A stretch of DNA of 64,000 nucleotides. It comes from Eledone cirrhosa (taxonomy: Eukaryota). The translations under genes were made by a program, and so were the position numbers. The DNA lies in NCBI GenBank assembly GCA_964016885.1, contig OZ024742.1, positions 355,384,001 to 355,448,000 on the forward strand, read 5' to 3'. The notes below the pieces were generated by a model that saw nothing but the letters and a program-made list of their open reading frames with translations, searched no databases and was not told the origin of the DNA. This document shows positions 1-14,439 of the stretch, piece after piece. How positions within the stretch are numbered: position 1 is the stretch's first letter; each line of letters starts with the position of its first letter.

Positions 1-519
1 TGTCTTCAGGCGCTCACAGCCCTCGACCAATCGGGCAATGTGATCGGTGGAAACTCCACCTTGGCGTTCTATAGGGGATTAGTGGAGGGGAAGAGCGACG
101 ACGTACTTGGAGAAACTCTAGGCGTCGACGAAAATCAACTAGCCAATCTCTTCGGAAGAACTTTCGGGCCGGGGCCTATGGACAACTTCCAGAAATCCCT
201 GGCCTGGCAGTGCTACCGAGGAGCTTTGCCAGTTCGGGATAAACTCTACAGGCATGGAGGTGCCGTCAGCCGGGCATGTCCGAGATGCGCGCAGGGCGAC
301 GAAACCGTCCTGCACGCACTCGTCCAGTGTCCGAGCATTGCTGACTTGTGGGTTTATGTCGAACACCTGCTGTCACGTGTAGGACGGATCCAGCTATCAG
401 CTGAGTCCATCGTGAGGATTGCCCCGCCCCCTTCCTTTAGCCTGGAAGGGCGGGCAGTTTTTATCTGTCTGGTGGCCATGGAGAAAGAGATAGTATGGTG
501 GACACGTTTGAAAGGGCTG
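1..519 (+). mobile_element. 3' fragment of L1/Tx1-clade LINE ORF2 (C-terminal zinc-binding region), copy A
   Basis: ORF 40-561 contains CPRC...ETVLHALVQC (CCHC zf-RVT-like) and is near-identical to 3879-4397 and 9690-10195. It breaks after WWTRLKGL into ORF1-derived sequence of the next copy. Confidence 0.85.
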
Positions 520-3500
520 TTTTCCACTCCTCGACCTATCGCAACTGGAGACAGATTGTGACGACGAGGAGTGGGAAACTGTATCAGGAGAAAAGTAAAA
601 AAAGAAAAAGCAGTCAAAAAAGAAAAAATCCGCTTCCCTCCACCTCCAAAAACAAAATACAGAGGGAAACAAAAAAACTATCAAACAAAAAAGTTAGGAC
701 AGCTATGCCGCCATCTACACCTGCATCACCAACCCCATCACCACAAACACCAACACCAACGCCATCATTAACCCCAACACCACCATCACCAACACCAAAA
801 AAGTCACCAAAAAGCGACCCAAAAACAAATCCACAACAAACGCAAACAAAACAAAACAACCAAAACGATACAGATTACACAGCATTAATTTTGAACAACA
901 ACCAATTATTACACTACATCCAACACAACACCAGCATCACAGAAAAATACTACACAACAACCCAAAAGTTCACACCACCTCCACACATACAAATCACTCG
1001 CATCATACAGACAATGTACACGACACTGAAACAAAAATTCCCCAAAGACATCGGAGACTTGCGACAAGCACTCTCCAGGAGGATTTATAAGAACATCCTT
1101 CCGGAGGAGGCCACAAGCTGTGAAAAGGATGGAGAAACTGTCTTTCCTCTAGAAGTAAGGTAAATGGTCTTTCCCATCTGTTCCACTCTATTTCAACATG
1201 ACCTCACTCAGAATAGGCAGCATAAAGGCGCGTGGCTTGGGGTCGTTATAGAAGCAGGGTCACCTGCTCAACGACCTCAGGTCACTAAATATAGATGTAG
1301 TGGCCATCAGCGAGACCTGAATCTCCGAAGCACGGGCCTTCGCACCGATCTTAGGCGGCTACGATGTGTACGCATCTCCCAGCTGTCCTGGATCGGGGGT
1401 AGGAGTTTCTGTGCTTTTTCGGAGAGGTTTGGATCTCGCCATACAGGCCATCTTCCTGGATCCAGAATGTAAGTTGGTGGTGCTGGACGTGACCAGCGGA
1501 GACGGGCAAGCTTTCAGGCTGTGGCCGTCTATGCCCCGACAGGAGCAGGGCGGCCTGATTTCTTCCGGCGTCTGGAGACCTTTCTTGGAACGTCCCGCTC
1601 CTTAGTGTTAGTGGGCGACTGGAAGGGGATCTTAGATGCACGCTGGGACTGTATGGGATTAGCGGATAGGGGAGGAGGGTGCACGAGCCTCACCAACCTG
1701 CTCAGGCGTTTTGAACTGTCTGACAAGTACCGATTGGATTTCCCGAATGTGCCAATGTAGACTTGGACAAATCGCATAGTTTCATCCAGATCATATCTAG
1801 ATAGAGTATTTTGTAGGGAAATAGATAGGTCTAGCATAGGTTGTCCACAATTCAAGATAGTCAGCTACATGGACCACAAATTCGTGATCTGTGTGCTTGA
1901 CTTAGATAGGCCTCATAGAGGAGGACCCGGCTACTAGAAGCTAAACGCGTCTTTACACGCGCACAAGGCCTACAGAGACCGGATTAGCGAACTAGTTAAG
2001 CCGGCGTTGACTGGGGCCATCGTCAAAAAAAAGTGGTGGTTTGCTCTGAAGACAGCGATTAGAATAGAGTCCATTAGGTTTAGTAAGGCTTTAGCAATAG
2101 AGAAAAATAGAGCAGACGGAGAACTAGTTAGAAAATTAGACGAGGCGCTTAGCAAAGGCATCGCGACCGACGTTCTTGCGGAAAAATTGTCCCTTGACCA
2201 ATTCTTCAATGCAAAGCACTAAGTCTGCGTTGTCAGAGCTAGGGTGGATGCTCTCAGACACAAGTGGACGAAAGCCGTTCAATGGGCCCGAGTGGCGGAG
2301 GCGCGTCGTGGCAACAAACCATGATCCGGTCTTTGGTGGACCACGACGGGCGCATGCTACTCGATCCCGGGCAAATGTGTGAAGCTTTCCAGCGACACTT
2401 CGCCCAGCTGTTCGGGAGCAGCGGCGGGACGAATCGGGGGATGGACTTTAGTGTCTACCTCGACAGACTGCCGGGGCTCTCGGCGACTGAAGGGGAGTGT
2501 TGCGAAAAGCCGATAACAACCGCTGAAGTATGGGAGGCAATGACTGGCTGCACAAGGGGTAAATCGCCTGGTTTGGATGGTCTGCCCTATGAACTTTGCG
2601 TACATATGCCAGACTTGCTCGGAGGCCTCTTGGTGGACGTCTACTGCAACTGGCAACATAACGGGAGAATTCCCAGCTCTGTGAGCCGAAGAGCTGTGGC
2701 GCTGCTGAGAAAGAATCCGAACAAGGGGGCTAGCATAGATAATTTCAGGCCCATAACTCTGTTTAACAGTGTTCAAGATTTTGGCCAAGTGGCTAGCAAA
2801 GAGGTTGGCGCTTGTCGTTGGTGGTCTGATCCATCCACGACAACCTCTACCACATACGATACATCGTAGATAGGGTAGCTAGGGAACCTGGCAGGTGTGT
2901 GTCCTAGATCAATTTAGATCAGTCTAAAGCTTTCGATAGCCGCGACCATCATAACCTAGCGGCAGTCCTGAGCTGGCTTTGGGCTCGCCTTTAGAGGCTG
3001 GATCGCTGCCATATAGAGCGACATCTGCTCTGTGGTTGAGAGTGAACGGTCACATTTCGGAAACGTTCGACATCATGCGTTTGGTCCGCCAAGGATGTCA
3101 CCTTTCGTCCCTCTTGTACGTATTGAGTCTCGAGCCATTACTGCACAGACTGGAAACGTTTAGGGGCGTCCCGCGCGAACTAGGATGCGGAAGATCCGTG
3201 TCAGCATATGCGGAAGATGTCACCGTAGTGGTGTCGAACGCCAGACACATCGAGGCGATCGGCACTACACTAAGAGAATACGAAGCGGTGACAGGAGCAA
3301 TGATCAACTAGAATAAGTCAGTGGGCCTGCAGCTCAGCACCTGGAGAGGCAGGTCCATGCCATCCAACAGCGTCGTCGGGCCCTGGCCGGAGGGACCGGT
3401 TAAATTGCTATGGGCCCGGTTCGCTGCGGACCTCCAGACTGACAAAAACTGGGACGGGGTGATGAGCAGGTTGGCTTCTCTTACCCAGAAATGGGCGGAG

Positions 3501-4860
3501 AGGAAGCTATCCCTGAAAGGTCGAGCGGAGGTGGCTAACGCGTACATCGCGTCCGTCATCTGCTACCGCCTGACCGTCGTACCTTGACGTAAGCCCGCCT
3601 GACTGCACTGGAGCGTTTTCTCTTTCGCATTTTGTGGAAGGGACGCGCTCCGATGGTCAGAGTCCATCTGTTGTCAACACCCGCTACGTGGAGGGCTAGG
3701 CATGCCGTGGCTGATGATGCGCAGACACGCGCTCAGGCTACGACATCTCCACCTCTTCCTCGACGGTGATCAGGTGTGGTAGCCGTTTGCAAGACGCGTC
3801 TTTCCCCAGCTCGTTTCCTTGACGGAGCTGCAGTCCTGGGTCAAGCGAAGAAGGAGAGGGAGCGCTGGGGGACTGGAATGTCTTCAGGCGCTCACAGCCC
3901 TCGACCAATCGGGCAATGTGATCGGTGGAAACTCCACCTCGGTGTTCTATAGAGGATTAGTGGAGGGGAAGAGCGACGACGTACTTGGAGAAACTCTAGG
4001 CCTCGACGAAAATCAACTAGCCAATCTCTTCAGAAGAACTTCCGGGCCGGGGCCTATGGACACCTTCCAGAAATCCCTGGCCTGGCAGTGCTACCGAGTA
4101 GCCTTGCCAGTCCGGGATAAACTCTACAGGCATGGAGTTGCCGTCAGCCGGGAATATCCTTATGCGCTCAGGGCGACGAAACCGTCCTGCACGCACTCGT
4201 CCAGTGTCCGAGAATTGCTGACTTGTGGGTTTATGTCGAACACCTGCTGTCGCGTGTAGGACGGATCCGGCTATCAGCTGAGTCCATCGTGAGGATTGCA
4301 CCGCCCTCTTCCTTTAGCCGGGAAGGGCAGGCAGTTTTTATCTGTCTGCTGGCGATGGCGAAAAAGATAGTATGGTGGACACGTTTTAAAGGGCTGAAGA
4401 CGAGTACTTATCTCTTCGGTGATGCCCTGATTGACTTTTACAAATTTCATTTGAAAAGGAAAATCAGGGTAGTGAAGGAAGTGCTCTCTTCCCAGCATTT
4501 TGTTGAAAGATGGGTGAGAGAAGCAAGAATGGCCCGAGTGAATGGGCCTACTCTGAGTATGTGTCTGTAAATTAAAGGTGGAAAACTGGGAGAGGGCACT
4601 TGTCTTGGTGGTCAGGGTCACTGTGGCCTTTTACTGGGCTTTCTCCACAAATGTCCCTCCGAAGTCTCCCCCTTAATGGAGAATTTTTCATTGTTATTTT
4701 TTTTGTTACATCCTCTGTTTTTGTTTTTACACCCAGAAATGCCCATTCGTACCATCCTGTATTGTCCTGCACTGTCCTTAAGGTTTACTTTATGTAAACC
4801 CTTGTGGTTAATAAAGAAATTATTATTAACATTATTATTATTATTATCATTATTATTAGT
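520..4860 (+). mobile_element. L1/Tx1-clade LINE, copy B: 5'-truncated (ORF1 tail, frameshifted APE-RT ORF2, 3' UTR, (TTA)n tail)
   Basis: APE motifs (AVYAP, LVGDW, YLDRVF), RT motifs (KSPGLDGLPYE, NFRPITL, VRQGC.LSSLLY, SAYAEDV), KLSLKGRAEVAN and a zf-RVT region ending at 4570. AATAAA at ~4810, then a TTA-rich tail at 4820-4859. Confidence 0.9.
1164..4570 (+). pseudogene. Disrupted ORF2 (AP endonuclease + reverse transcriptase + zf-RVT) of LINE copy B
   Basis: Consecutive ORF fragments 1521-1760, 2007-2222, 2264-2869, 2979-3311, 3321-3587, 3819-4259 and 4223-4570 tile one L1-type ORF2 with many stops and frameshifts. Confidence 0.88.
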
Positions 4861-7800
4861 ATTGGCCACCTACAAGGAAATCGTATTATCCTGAACTCCA
4901 CAAATGTTCGTTGTTTTCAGTTGTTTCGAACTGCCAGTTATGGAAAATAGTGTTTACAAGTTCACATATATTGCTTTCTGAAAAGGACACTGAATAATAT
5001 TTGGGGCCTTGAGCCCAAAATTTAAACTTTTTCTTTATCAAAGAAAATATTTCTTTGAAGAAAAAAAACATGGACGACAAATCTCCTGTTTCTACCAGAC
5101 GAACATCACCCCACCACCGCCACCATTGTAAACCTTGCCACCATTGCCAACACTGAAAATATATTAATAGCAGTCTCAATTATGTAAATTTTCCGCATAC
5201 AGACATGGATTTCCCGCAATTACCAATAACTGCAAGTGTTAAAATCGCCACCCCCACCACGACAATGGCAAAAAGAACAACGAACACCACTGATACCACT
5301 GCCACCACCAGAGCGAAAACAGAAACAAAAACCTAAATTATTATCTCGTAACATCGAAATTGATTCACCCAGTATCGACTCTTCCACGCCGAACACCACT
5401 GACACCACCACCTGCACAACTGAAACTAAAAATATCAATAATAAAAATAACAAAACAACAACAGCAACAACAACAACAATTACAATAACAACAACAACAA
5501 CATCAACACATGGGAAAAAACAAAATGTGTCGTTTGCCAAAGCAGCCAATAACAGCGAAACAATCTAGGTAAGCCAGGATGAATTGAATGAAGCCAAGCG
5601 AATGGTAAAAAAAGATGGGTACAGATCAGCCTCACCCACCCCCATCTAATAAAATGGAGCACCGGCGCCTATGTACCGTATCATATCGGATGATAAATAC
5701 AAAATCACGCCGAGTGGAACGGCATCCGAGTCCCAGATATAAAAAGCTTTCGGACATGTGTGGGCGAAAAAAACCCATATCAAACGTGGGCAGAAATATG
5801 GAACCATGGACGTCTTCTTTGAAAACCCACACGAAGACAAAGAGCACACCATGGCCCCCATTAAGAAATGACACACTCGTCCCGAGCTATTGTGGTCAGA
5901 GGCTTGTGAAGATCAGGGTGACCCACGTTCGGCCGGCCATTGAAATACCCTGGCTAGTGGATGCCGTCCTCGCCGACGCCGAGGTCAACACTAAAGTAAT
6001 TGAAGTAACAAAAGAAAAGCAGGAGAACTGGTCTGGATCACCTGATCCAAGCGGACCAAAAAAACGTAGAGGAAATTCCAGTGGTGATAGACCTAAATGA
6101 CGGCAGCCACCTCACCGTATTCGTTGAGGGTAGAAGGACTAGGTGTGTCGTTTTGGCGAGGAAACCACCTAAAGTCTTTCTGCTCTCAGGCCAAAAGTTG
6201 AGGCCATCTCTCCTACCAACCCAGTGACTCAACCATCAAAACCAGTAGCGAAATGGCTGCAAATGTAGCAGCAACAACCCCAGCAACAGTAGCAAAACCA
6301 GCACCACCACCACCATCGCGCCAGAATTAGCACCAGCGTCTTTATCATCCACCACTACACAATCAAAATCAAGGTCTGTGGAGGATTTTCCACTACCTGA
6401 GCTATAGCAACTGGAGACAGATTGTGACGATGAGGAGGAGTGGCAAACTGTATCAGGAAAAAGAAAAAAAAAAGAACTCCAAAAACTATATGCAGGGGGA
6501 AACAAACAAACAAACAAAAATGTTAGGACAGCTATGCTACCACCCACACCAGCATCACCAACCCCATCACCACAAACACCAACATCATCATCATTAACCC
6601 CAACACCACCATTACCAACACCACAAAAATCACCAACAAGCGAAACAGAAACAAACCCACAACAAACGCAAGCAAAACAAAACAACCAAAACGATACACA
6701 CTACACAGCATTGAACAACAACCAATTATTACACTACATCCAACACTCACCAGCATCACAGAAAAATACTACACAACACCCCAACAATTCACACCACCTC
6801 CACACATACAAATCACTCGCATCACTCAGAAAACGTACACAACACTAAAATTAAAATTCCCCAATGACATCGCAGACTTCCGACAAACACTCTCCAGGAG
6901 GATTTATAAGAACGATCTTCCGGAGGAGGCCGCAAGCAGTGAGAAGGATGGAAAAACAATCCTTCCTCTACGAGAAGTGAGGTATGTTGTCTTTCCAATC
7001 TTTTCCCACTCCTTTTCGACATGACCTTACTCAGAATAGTCAGCAAAAATGCGCGTGGCTGGAGTCATCATGGAAGCAGGGCGACCTGCTCAACCACCTC
7101 AGGTCACTAAACATAGATGTGGTGGCCATCAGCGAGACCAGAATGTCTGAAGCACGAGCCTTCGCACCGATCTTCGGCGGCTACGATGTATACGCATATG
7201 CCAGCCGTACTGGATCGGGGGGGGGGGAGTTGCTGTGCTTTTTCGGAGAGGTTTGGATCTCTCCATACGGGCCATCTTCCTGGATCCAGAAGGTAAGTTG
7301 GTGGTGATTCACGTGACCAGGCTAGTGGCCGTCTATGCCCCGACAGGAGCAGGTTGGCCTGATTTCTTCCGGCATCTGGAGACCTTTCCTGGAACATCCC
7401 GCACTTTAGTGTAAGTGGGCGACTGGAACGGGATCTTAGAGGCACGCTGTGAATGTGTGGGATTAGCAGATAGGGGAGATGGGTGTAAAAGTCTCGCATA
7501 CCTGCTCAGACGTTTTCAACTGTCTGACAGCTACCGTCTGGATTTCCCGAATGTGCCTATGAGGACATGGACAAAAGGCATCTGGTTATCCAAATCATAT
7601 TTAGATAGGGTATTTTGTAGGGAAATTGATAGGACTAGCATAGGCTGTCCACGTTTCAAAATAGTCGACTACATGGACGACAAATTCGTGATTTGTGAGG
7701 TTGATTTTGATAGGCTTCATAGAGAGGAACCAGGCTACTGGAAGCTAAACGCGTCATTAACAGCGCGCAATGCCTACAGAGACCGGATTAGTGAACGTGT

Positions 7801-10200
7801 TAAGCTGGCGACGAAGAGGGCCGTCGTCAACAACAAATGGCGGTTTGCCCTGAAAAGATCGATTATAATATAGTCTACTAGGTTTAGTAAGGCTTTAGTA
7901 ATAGAGGAAAATAGAGCAACGGGAGAACTAGTTAGAAAATTAGACGAGGCGCTTAGAAGAGGAATCGCGACCGACGCACTTGCGGCGTAATTGGCCCTTG
8001 ACCAATTCTTAAATGCAAAGAACGAAGGCTGCGTTGTCAGAGCTAGGGTGCGTGCTTTCACACACGAGAGGACGAAAGCCGTTCAATGGGCCCGAGTGGC
8101 GGAGGCGCGTCGTGGCAACAAAGCCACGATCCGGTCTTTGGTGGATCACAACGGGCGCATGCAACTCGGTCCCGGGCAAATGTGTGAAGCTGTTCAGTCT
8201 CACGTCGCTCAGGTGTTCGGGGGCAGCGGTGGGGCGGATCGATGGATAGACTTTAGTGCCTACCTCGACGGAGTGCCACGTCTCTCGGCCACTGAGGCAG
8301 AGTGTTTTGCTAAAAACTGACAACAGCCCCTGAAGTACGGGAGGCAATGACTGGTTGCACAAGTGGTAAATCGCCTGGTTTGGATAGTCTTCACTATGAA
8401 CTTTACTTAAACATGCCATACTTGTTCGGAGGCCTCTTGGCGGACGTCTACTGCAACTGGCAACAGAACGGTAGCATTCCCAGATCTGTGAAATGAGAAG
8501 CGGAGGCGCTGCTGAGAAAGGATCCGAACAAGGGTGATAACATAGAGAGGTTCAGGCCCATAACTCTGCTAAACACAGAATTCATGATTTTGGCCAAGGT
8601 GCTAGCAAAGAGGTCGGCGCTTATCGTTGCTGGTGGGTGTGGTGGGAGAGGCGCAGACATGCACCATTCCATACATATCAATCTACAACAACCTCCACCT
8701 CATGCGATACATCGTGGAGAGGGTAGCTAGGGAACCTGGCATGGTGGGCCCTTGCTCAATTTAGATCATTCGAAAGCTTTTGATAGGGTCGAACATCGTT
8801 ATCTGGCGGCAATCCTGAGGGTGGCTGGCTTTGGACCCGTCTTCAGAGGCTGGATCGCTGCCATGCACAGCGACATCTGCTCTGTGCTGAGAGTGAACAT
8901 CATGCGCTCAGTTGGCCAAGGATGTTCCCTCTCGTCCCTCTTGTACGTATTGACTCTCGAGCCATTACTGCAGAAACTAGAGATGTTGAGGGGGCTCCCG
9001 CGCGAACTAGGAGGCGAAAGATCCGTGTCAGCATATGCGGACGATGTCACCGTAGTGTTGTCCAACGCCAAACACATCGAGGCGATCGGCACTACACTAA
9101 AAGAATACGAGGCGGTGACAGGAGCAAAGATCGACCACCTGCAGCTCGGCACCTGGAGAGGCAGGTCCACGCCGTCCAACAGCGTCGTCAATAGCTAGAC
9201 GGACGGACCTGTTATATTGCTAGTGGTCTGGTTCTGTCCGGACCTCCAGACGGACAAAAACTGGGACGTGGAAACGAGCAGGGTGGTCTCTCTCACGCAG
9301 AAATGGGCAGAGAGGAAACTATCCCTGAAAGGTCGAGCGGAGGTGGCCAATGTGCATATCGCGTCCGTCATATACTACCACATAACCGTCGTGATTGTCC
9401 TAAGCCTCGCCTGACTGTGCTGGAGCGTTTGCCCTTAGGCTTTTCGTGGAAGGGACGCGCTCCGATGGTCAGGCGGTCCATCTGCTGTCAACACCTGCTA
9501 CGTCGAGGGCAGGGCATGCCGTGGCTGATGATAGCAGACACGCGCTCAGGCTACGACATACCCACCTCTTCCTCGACAGTGATGAGGTGTGGTCGCCGTT
9601 TGCTAGACACGTCTTTCTCCAGCTCGTCTCCTTGACGGAGCTGGAGTCCTGGGTCAAGCGAAGACCGAGATGGAGCGCTTGGAGACTGGAATGTCTTAAG
9701 GCGTTCACAGCCACGACTAATCGGGCAATGTGATCGGTGGAAACTTGGCGTTCTATAGAGGATTAGTGGAGGGGAAGGCCGACGACGTACTTGGGGAAAC
9801 TCTAGGCGTCGACGAAAATCAACTATGCAATCTCTTCGGAAGTAATTTCGAGCCGGGTCCTATGGAAAACTTCCAGAAATCCCTGGCATGGCAATGCTAC
9901 TGAGGAGCTTTGCCATTTCGGGATAATCTCTACAGGCATGGAAGTGCCGCCAACAGGGCTTCCCGCGCAGGCCGACGAAACCGTCCTGCACGCACTCGTC
10001 CAGTCTCCGAGCATTGCTGACTTGTGGGTTTATGTCAAACACCTGCTGTCAGGTGTAGGACGTATCCGGCTATCTGCTGAGTCTATCGTGAGGATTGCCC
10101 CGCCCTCTTCATTTAGCCGGGAAGGGCAGGCAGTTTTTATCTGTGTGGTGGCCAAGGCGAAAAAGATAGTATGGTGGACGCGTTTGAAACTGCTGAAGAG
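4861..10200 (+). mobile_element. L1/Tx1-clade LINE, copy C: 5' UTR, decayed ORF1 (~5070-6950), decayed ORF2 (~6984-10200), 3'-truncated
   Basis: Pro/Thr-rich ORF1 fragments with a frameshifted CCHC-knuckle-like segment near 6120-6190 (VEGRRTRC...HLKSFC). ORF2 motifs DVVAISET, GDWN, PGYWKLN, LDHSKAFDRVEH, SAYADDV. 6390-10195 aligns with copy B 520-4397. Confidence 0.9.
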
Positions 10201-10269
10201 GATCACTAATCGTATACCTTCGCTCATTATAACATTTCATAAACATATTGTACACCTATCTCTCTTCTT

Positions 10270-11100
10270 CTGGGTGTTGAATATTGAAGCTGGCCCAATA
10301 CTGCACCAGATCCTGCATTTCTTGTACGGAAATCAACCGCCTGCCTTCAATCATTTGTGACCATGATCTCGAGATACTTGAATTTTTACACCTGCTTCAG
10401 TTGCAATCCATTCAGTTGTGGAGTGCATGTGTGTCTCAGTTCTCTCTACACTGTTTTCCATCCCTACTTATAAGCTAAGTAATATGATGTATCTGCAAAA
10501 TCCAACTGCCTGATCCTACGCCCGCCAGTTATGATATCACTTCCAGTCTAACTGCATATAAAGATTATTGTCATGAAAGGTGGCAGTACGTACAATTGGC
10601 AGAGTCATACAATCACATTCATTGGCTTCGACTTAAAAACATTTATCTGAAAACATCCGTATAGAGGCATGGGAGTAACAAGAAACATCCATTGATTCCT
10701 TACTCGTGAGAACCTTCCAGTACGCGAACCGTCGAGCAAGGCCGAAGGCCGTTTTGTAGGCTGCGAAACACGTATACACTTCTTGGCAATACTCCTACAA
10801 TTTCTAAAAGACTTGCCATAATGTTAATATTTGGTGTGCTGTAGTGTGGCCTGGACAAATCGCACACCAGCAGCTAGCTTGAACTGGAAAATACACCTAT
10901 ATATCTTTTTCAGACACTTAGAATATATTTTACTTGACTGGAGAGGCTTAACAAAGGAATCCCTATATAATTAAAGCAGTCGTTTGTGTCCCTTTTTCAA
11001 AATTGGGATTATCACTCCCGATTGCTATTCCTTAGGTAACTTTCGAAATAAAACGTCCTCCACAAGCATAATATCAGGTACACTCTCCTTTTCTCTTATC
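10270..11100 (-). mobile_element. Old RTE-clade LINE RT fragment
   Basis: Manual minus-strand translation gives GVIIPILKKG, NYIGIPLLSL, CPGHTTAHQILTLWQVF*KL*EYCQEVYTCF..YKTAF, QLDFAD and LKQV*KFKYL, in the order of RTE RT motifs. Confidence 0.72.
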
Positions 11101-12802
11101 TTCATTAATATGTATCATCGTGAGATGAAGAAAATATTATGCTGATCTCCCAAATGCGGTCACAGCAGCATCCTCTGGTGCATCTGTAAGCGATGTCTAA
11201 CATCTCGAAGGCTGTGGTCACAACAGCAATTAAAAATGTAATTCCCATCGTTTTGAGATAATAGTTGTATAAATAATGCTTTATTTATACCCAGGACCAA
11301 ATTGGAAAACACCGAGATAGTCGCTTTCTCTATTGGAATGAAAGTCTCCAAATTTATCACTCATTTTCTACTCTTGTACAAATGGATTTATATATCAGAG
11401 GCATTAATTGTCGATGTTGATGTAACATTTGCTATTCTAAAGACATATTATACAACTGTTAAATCTAACATGTTTACAACATTTGAATCATTTTGAAATA
11501 AAGTGACGAAAGTGAAATTTATTATGTATATGCATCTGCAGAATCGAGAAAGAATACAGTTATACTGAGTGATCGCTTCTGCTGGTAAATGTAGAGACGC
11601 ATGTTGGACATCATCAACATTGATAACTCATATGATAGTGAAACTCCATCCAATCATGCATCGAATTCATTTTTATGGGAGATCATTGGGACCAGTAAAA
11701 TCCCCAATACTCTCTATACTAGAGAATCGATGCCTCATTCTGACAAACTTACTGATTAAATTTGCAAATTAAGTTTTACCAATGACAGGAACCAGTTTCT
11801 AATATATTTCAATAAACCTTGTTCACCTACAAAATCATTCAATCCTGTGATTATGAAGACAATCTGTACAAGTTCTTACTTTAGTTTCTAAATAAGCAAA
11901 ATTGGTACATTCCTTACCTCACTTTTGTTTCATTAATAGATGTCTTCTTAAGCTATAAAAATTTAAATAAGGCTAATCGAAATTGCAATAGAGCAAAAAT
12001 ACCAATCATCCATTTACATGAGTGCAGGACATGTGGCCAAATTACAGATACGAAAATATTTCGCTGTGAAACGAATTACACCTAACCTTATGTCACCTTT
12101 TGCCAATTCAATTTACGCAATTACAGTTTCCACTTCAAGTGATTTTTACAAACGCTGTCAATAAATCTGTGTCAATCATTGAATAAAATAACAAAACTAT
12201 AATTAGATTTCCCCTTCTCTCGAATTCATATCGAATCAGATAAGTATATTCTTTCCAACAGCTCTATTTAATCATTGGAAATTCTAGGAGGTCCTGTCAA
12301 ACACTACATACAGTGTTGGGAAGTGGTGAGGCATAGTGATTGCGGTGTTCGGATCACTATCGGATATGCAATTGCTAATGACGCATGTTGTTCTTCAGGA
12401 AATAACTTTAATTCACTTTAGTCCAGCCCACTCACGTATTGTTAAACATATATACAACCAGTTACACACGTTCATATATGTACATGCGTCTGTTTATCAA
12501 AATGTTAAAAGACCAAAATGTTAAAAAACTAAACAACGACCAAGAGGACGATCTCTGGTTTCCCAGAAAACTCCAACCAACGTACCTCTCTTGATAATGG
12601 AGGTAAATTCACAATATTTTGTCACTAATAAATTACTTTGGTAATATTCACACATTCTAGTCAAATTATATTGTTTCCTTTTCCAATGTTGGCCTTCTAT
12701 CTCAGCTATCTTAATTCCCTTTCGATGTCTTGACTTGGTAACTCTAAACTTACCCAATTTTCGCTATCATATTCCAATATTCTTCAAGCAAGCTACGAAA
12801 TG

Positions 12803-12871
<69 letters not shown>

Positions 12872-14107
12872 ACGAAGGAATTGTGGTAAGGAACCAGAGT
12901 AATCAATACTTAGGGTCATACATTTTCATATATATATATATATATATATATATTATGTTTTTAATATATAAAAGGCTTCTACAGACTAGAGCTGTTTCAT
13001 TCTTTAACAAATATGTTAAACAGTCACTTAATGAAAGCCCTTTGTTTGCTTAGAATGAAAGAACCTTAAAAATGAGGATTGCCTGTATGCCGATTGAGCA
13101 CTCTATGTTCTTACAGAGCAGAGTGTGATATAGTATTAAACGAAAATCAGTGATGCATCTGAACTCAATTTATTGTGTGTAACAATTGTTTCGCCGGCGG
13201 ACAGCTCGAAACACGATCATTGTGTGGATCTGTCTGATTCTGGATCTACAGGTTCGTCGGACACTTCTAATAATTTCGGATCAAATTTTCTCACTGGGGT
13301 GTTAGCGTCAAAAAAACATCCTCTTCACTCGTCCTGCTATTGGCTGTTGTTTTTCTACGTCATCATACATTTTGACCAACATGTACTGTGACACTGACCA
13401 TCAGCTGTCCTTCTTCCTGCCACACTTCAATGAATCCCTGCTGGCTTTGGTATTTTCACCCGTCCACGCGCGCACTCACACACACATATATATATATATA
13501 TATAGACATACTCACACACACACTCACACAATCATATAAATGACAACATCCGTACGCATATACTCCCGCTATACATACGCACCCAAAGAGAACCCATAAT
13601 ACTATAGACATACGCGTCTACAGATGCCTGCCTACATGCCCACGTACATCAACTCATACACACACGCACACGCACACGGGCGCACACACATGCATATGCG
13701 TTTATCTACTCGTATACACACACACATACAGAGATATACATAGACATGCAAACGCACATTTACACACGTGTCCATATATACAGGCACAAAAACTGACTCG
13801 CTCGCAAACACCCATATATATATATACATATAGATATACATATGTATACACACAAACAAGCCCTTGCCCTACCATGGGTGCACGTACACACACGCACACT
13901 GGCTCATATACACTCTTACAAATATGCGCCTATTACCTACAGGCCCACGCCCGTCTACAAAGATACATACATACATATAACTATCTATACACAAATATGA
14001 AATACACTCAAAGTCATATAAAGTCATACAATGGTCATACATGAAAAGATGCATCTTGTTATACACATGCACAAATGTTAGCAATATAAGCATATACATA
14101 CATCCAT

Positions 14108-14185
<78 letters not shown>

Positions 14186-14225
14186 ACACACACACACATA
14201 TGTACATACACACACATACATACAC

Positions 14226-14256
<31 letters not shown>

Positions 14257-14439
14257 TGTTTATACACTTATGCATACATATATGTTTATATATATATATG
14301 TATACACATATACATATATATATATATATATTTATATATACACACATATATATACATATACGCATACATATATATACACACATAAAAAACAAATATACAA
14401 TATATTAAAAATATACATATAACACCACATAGAGATATA

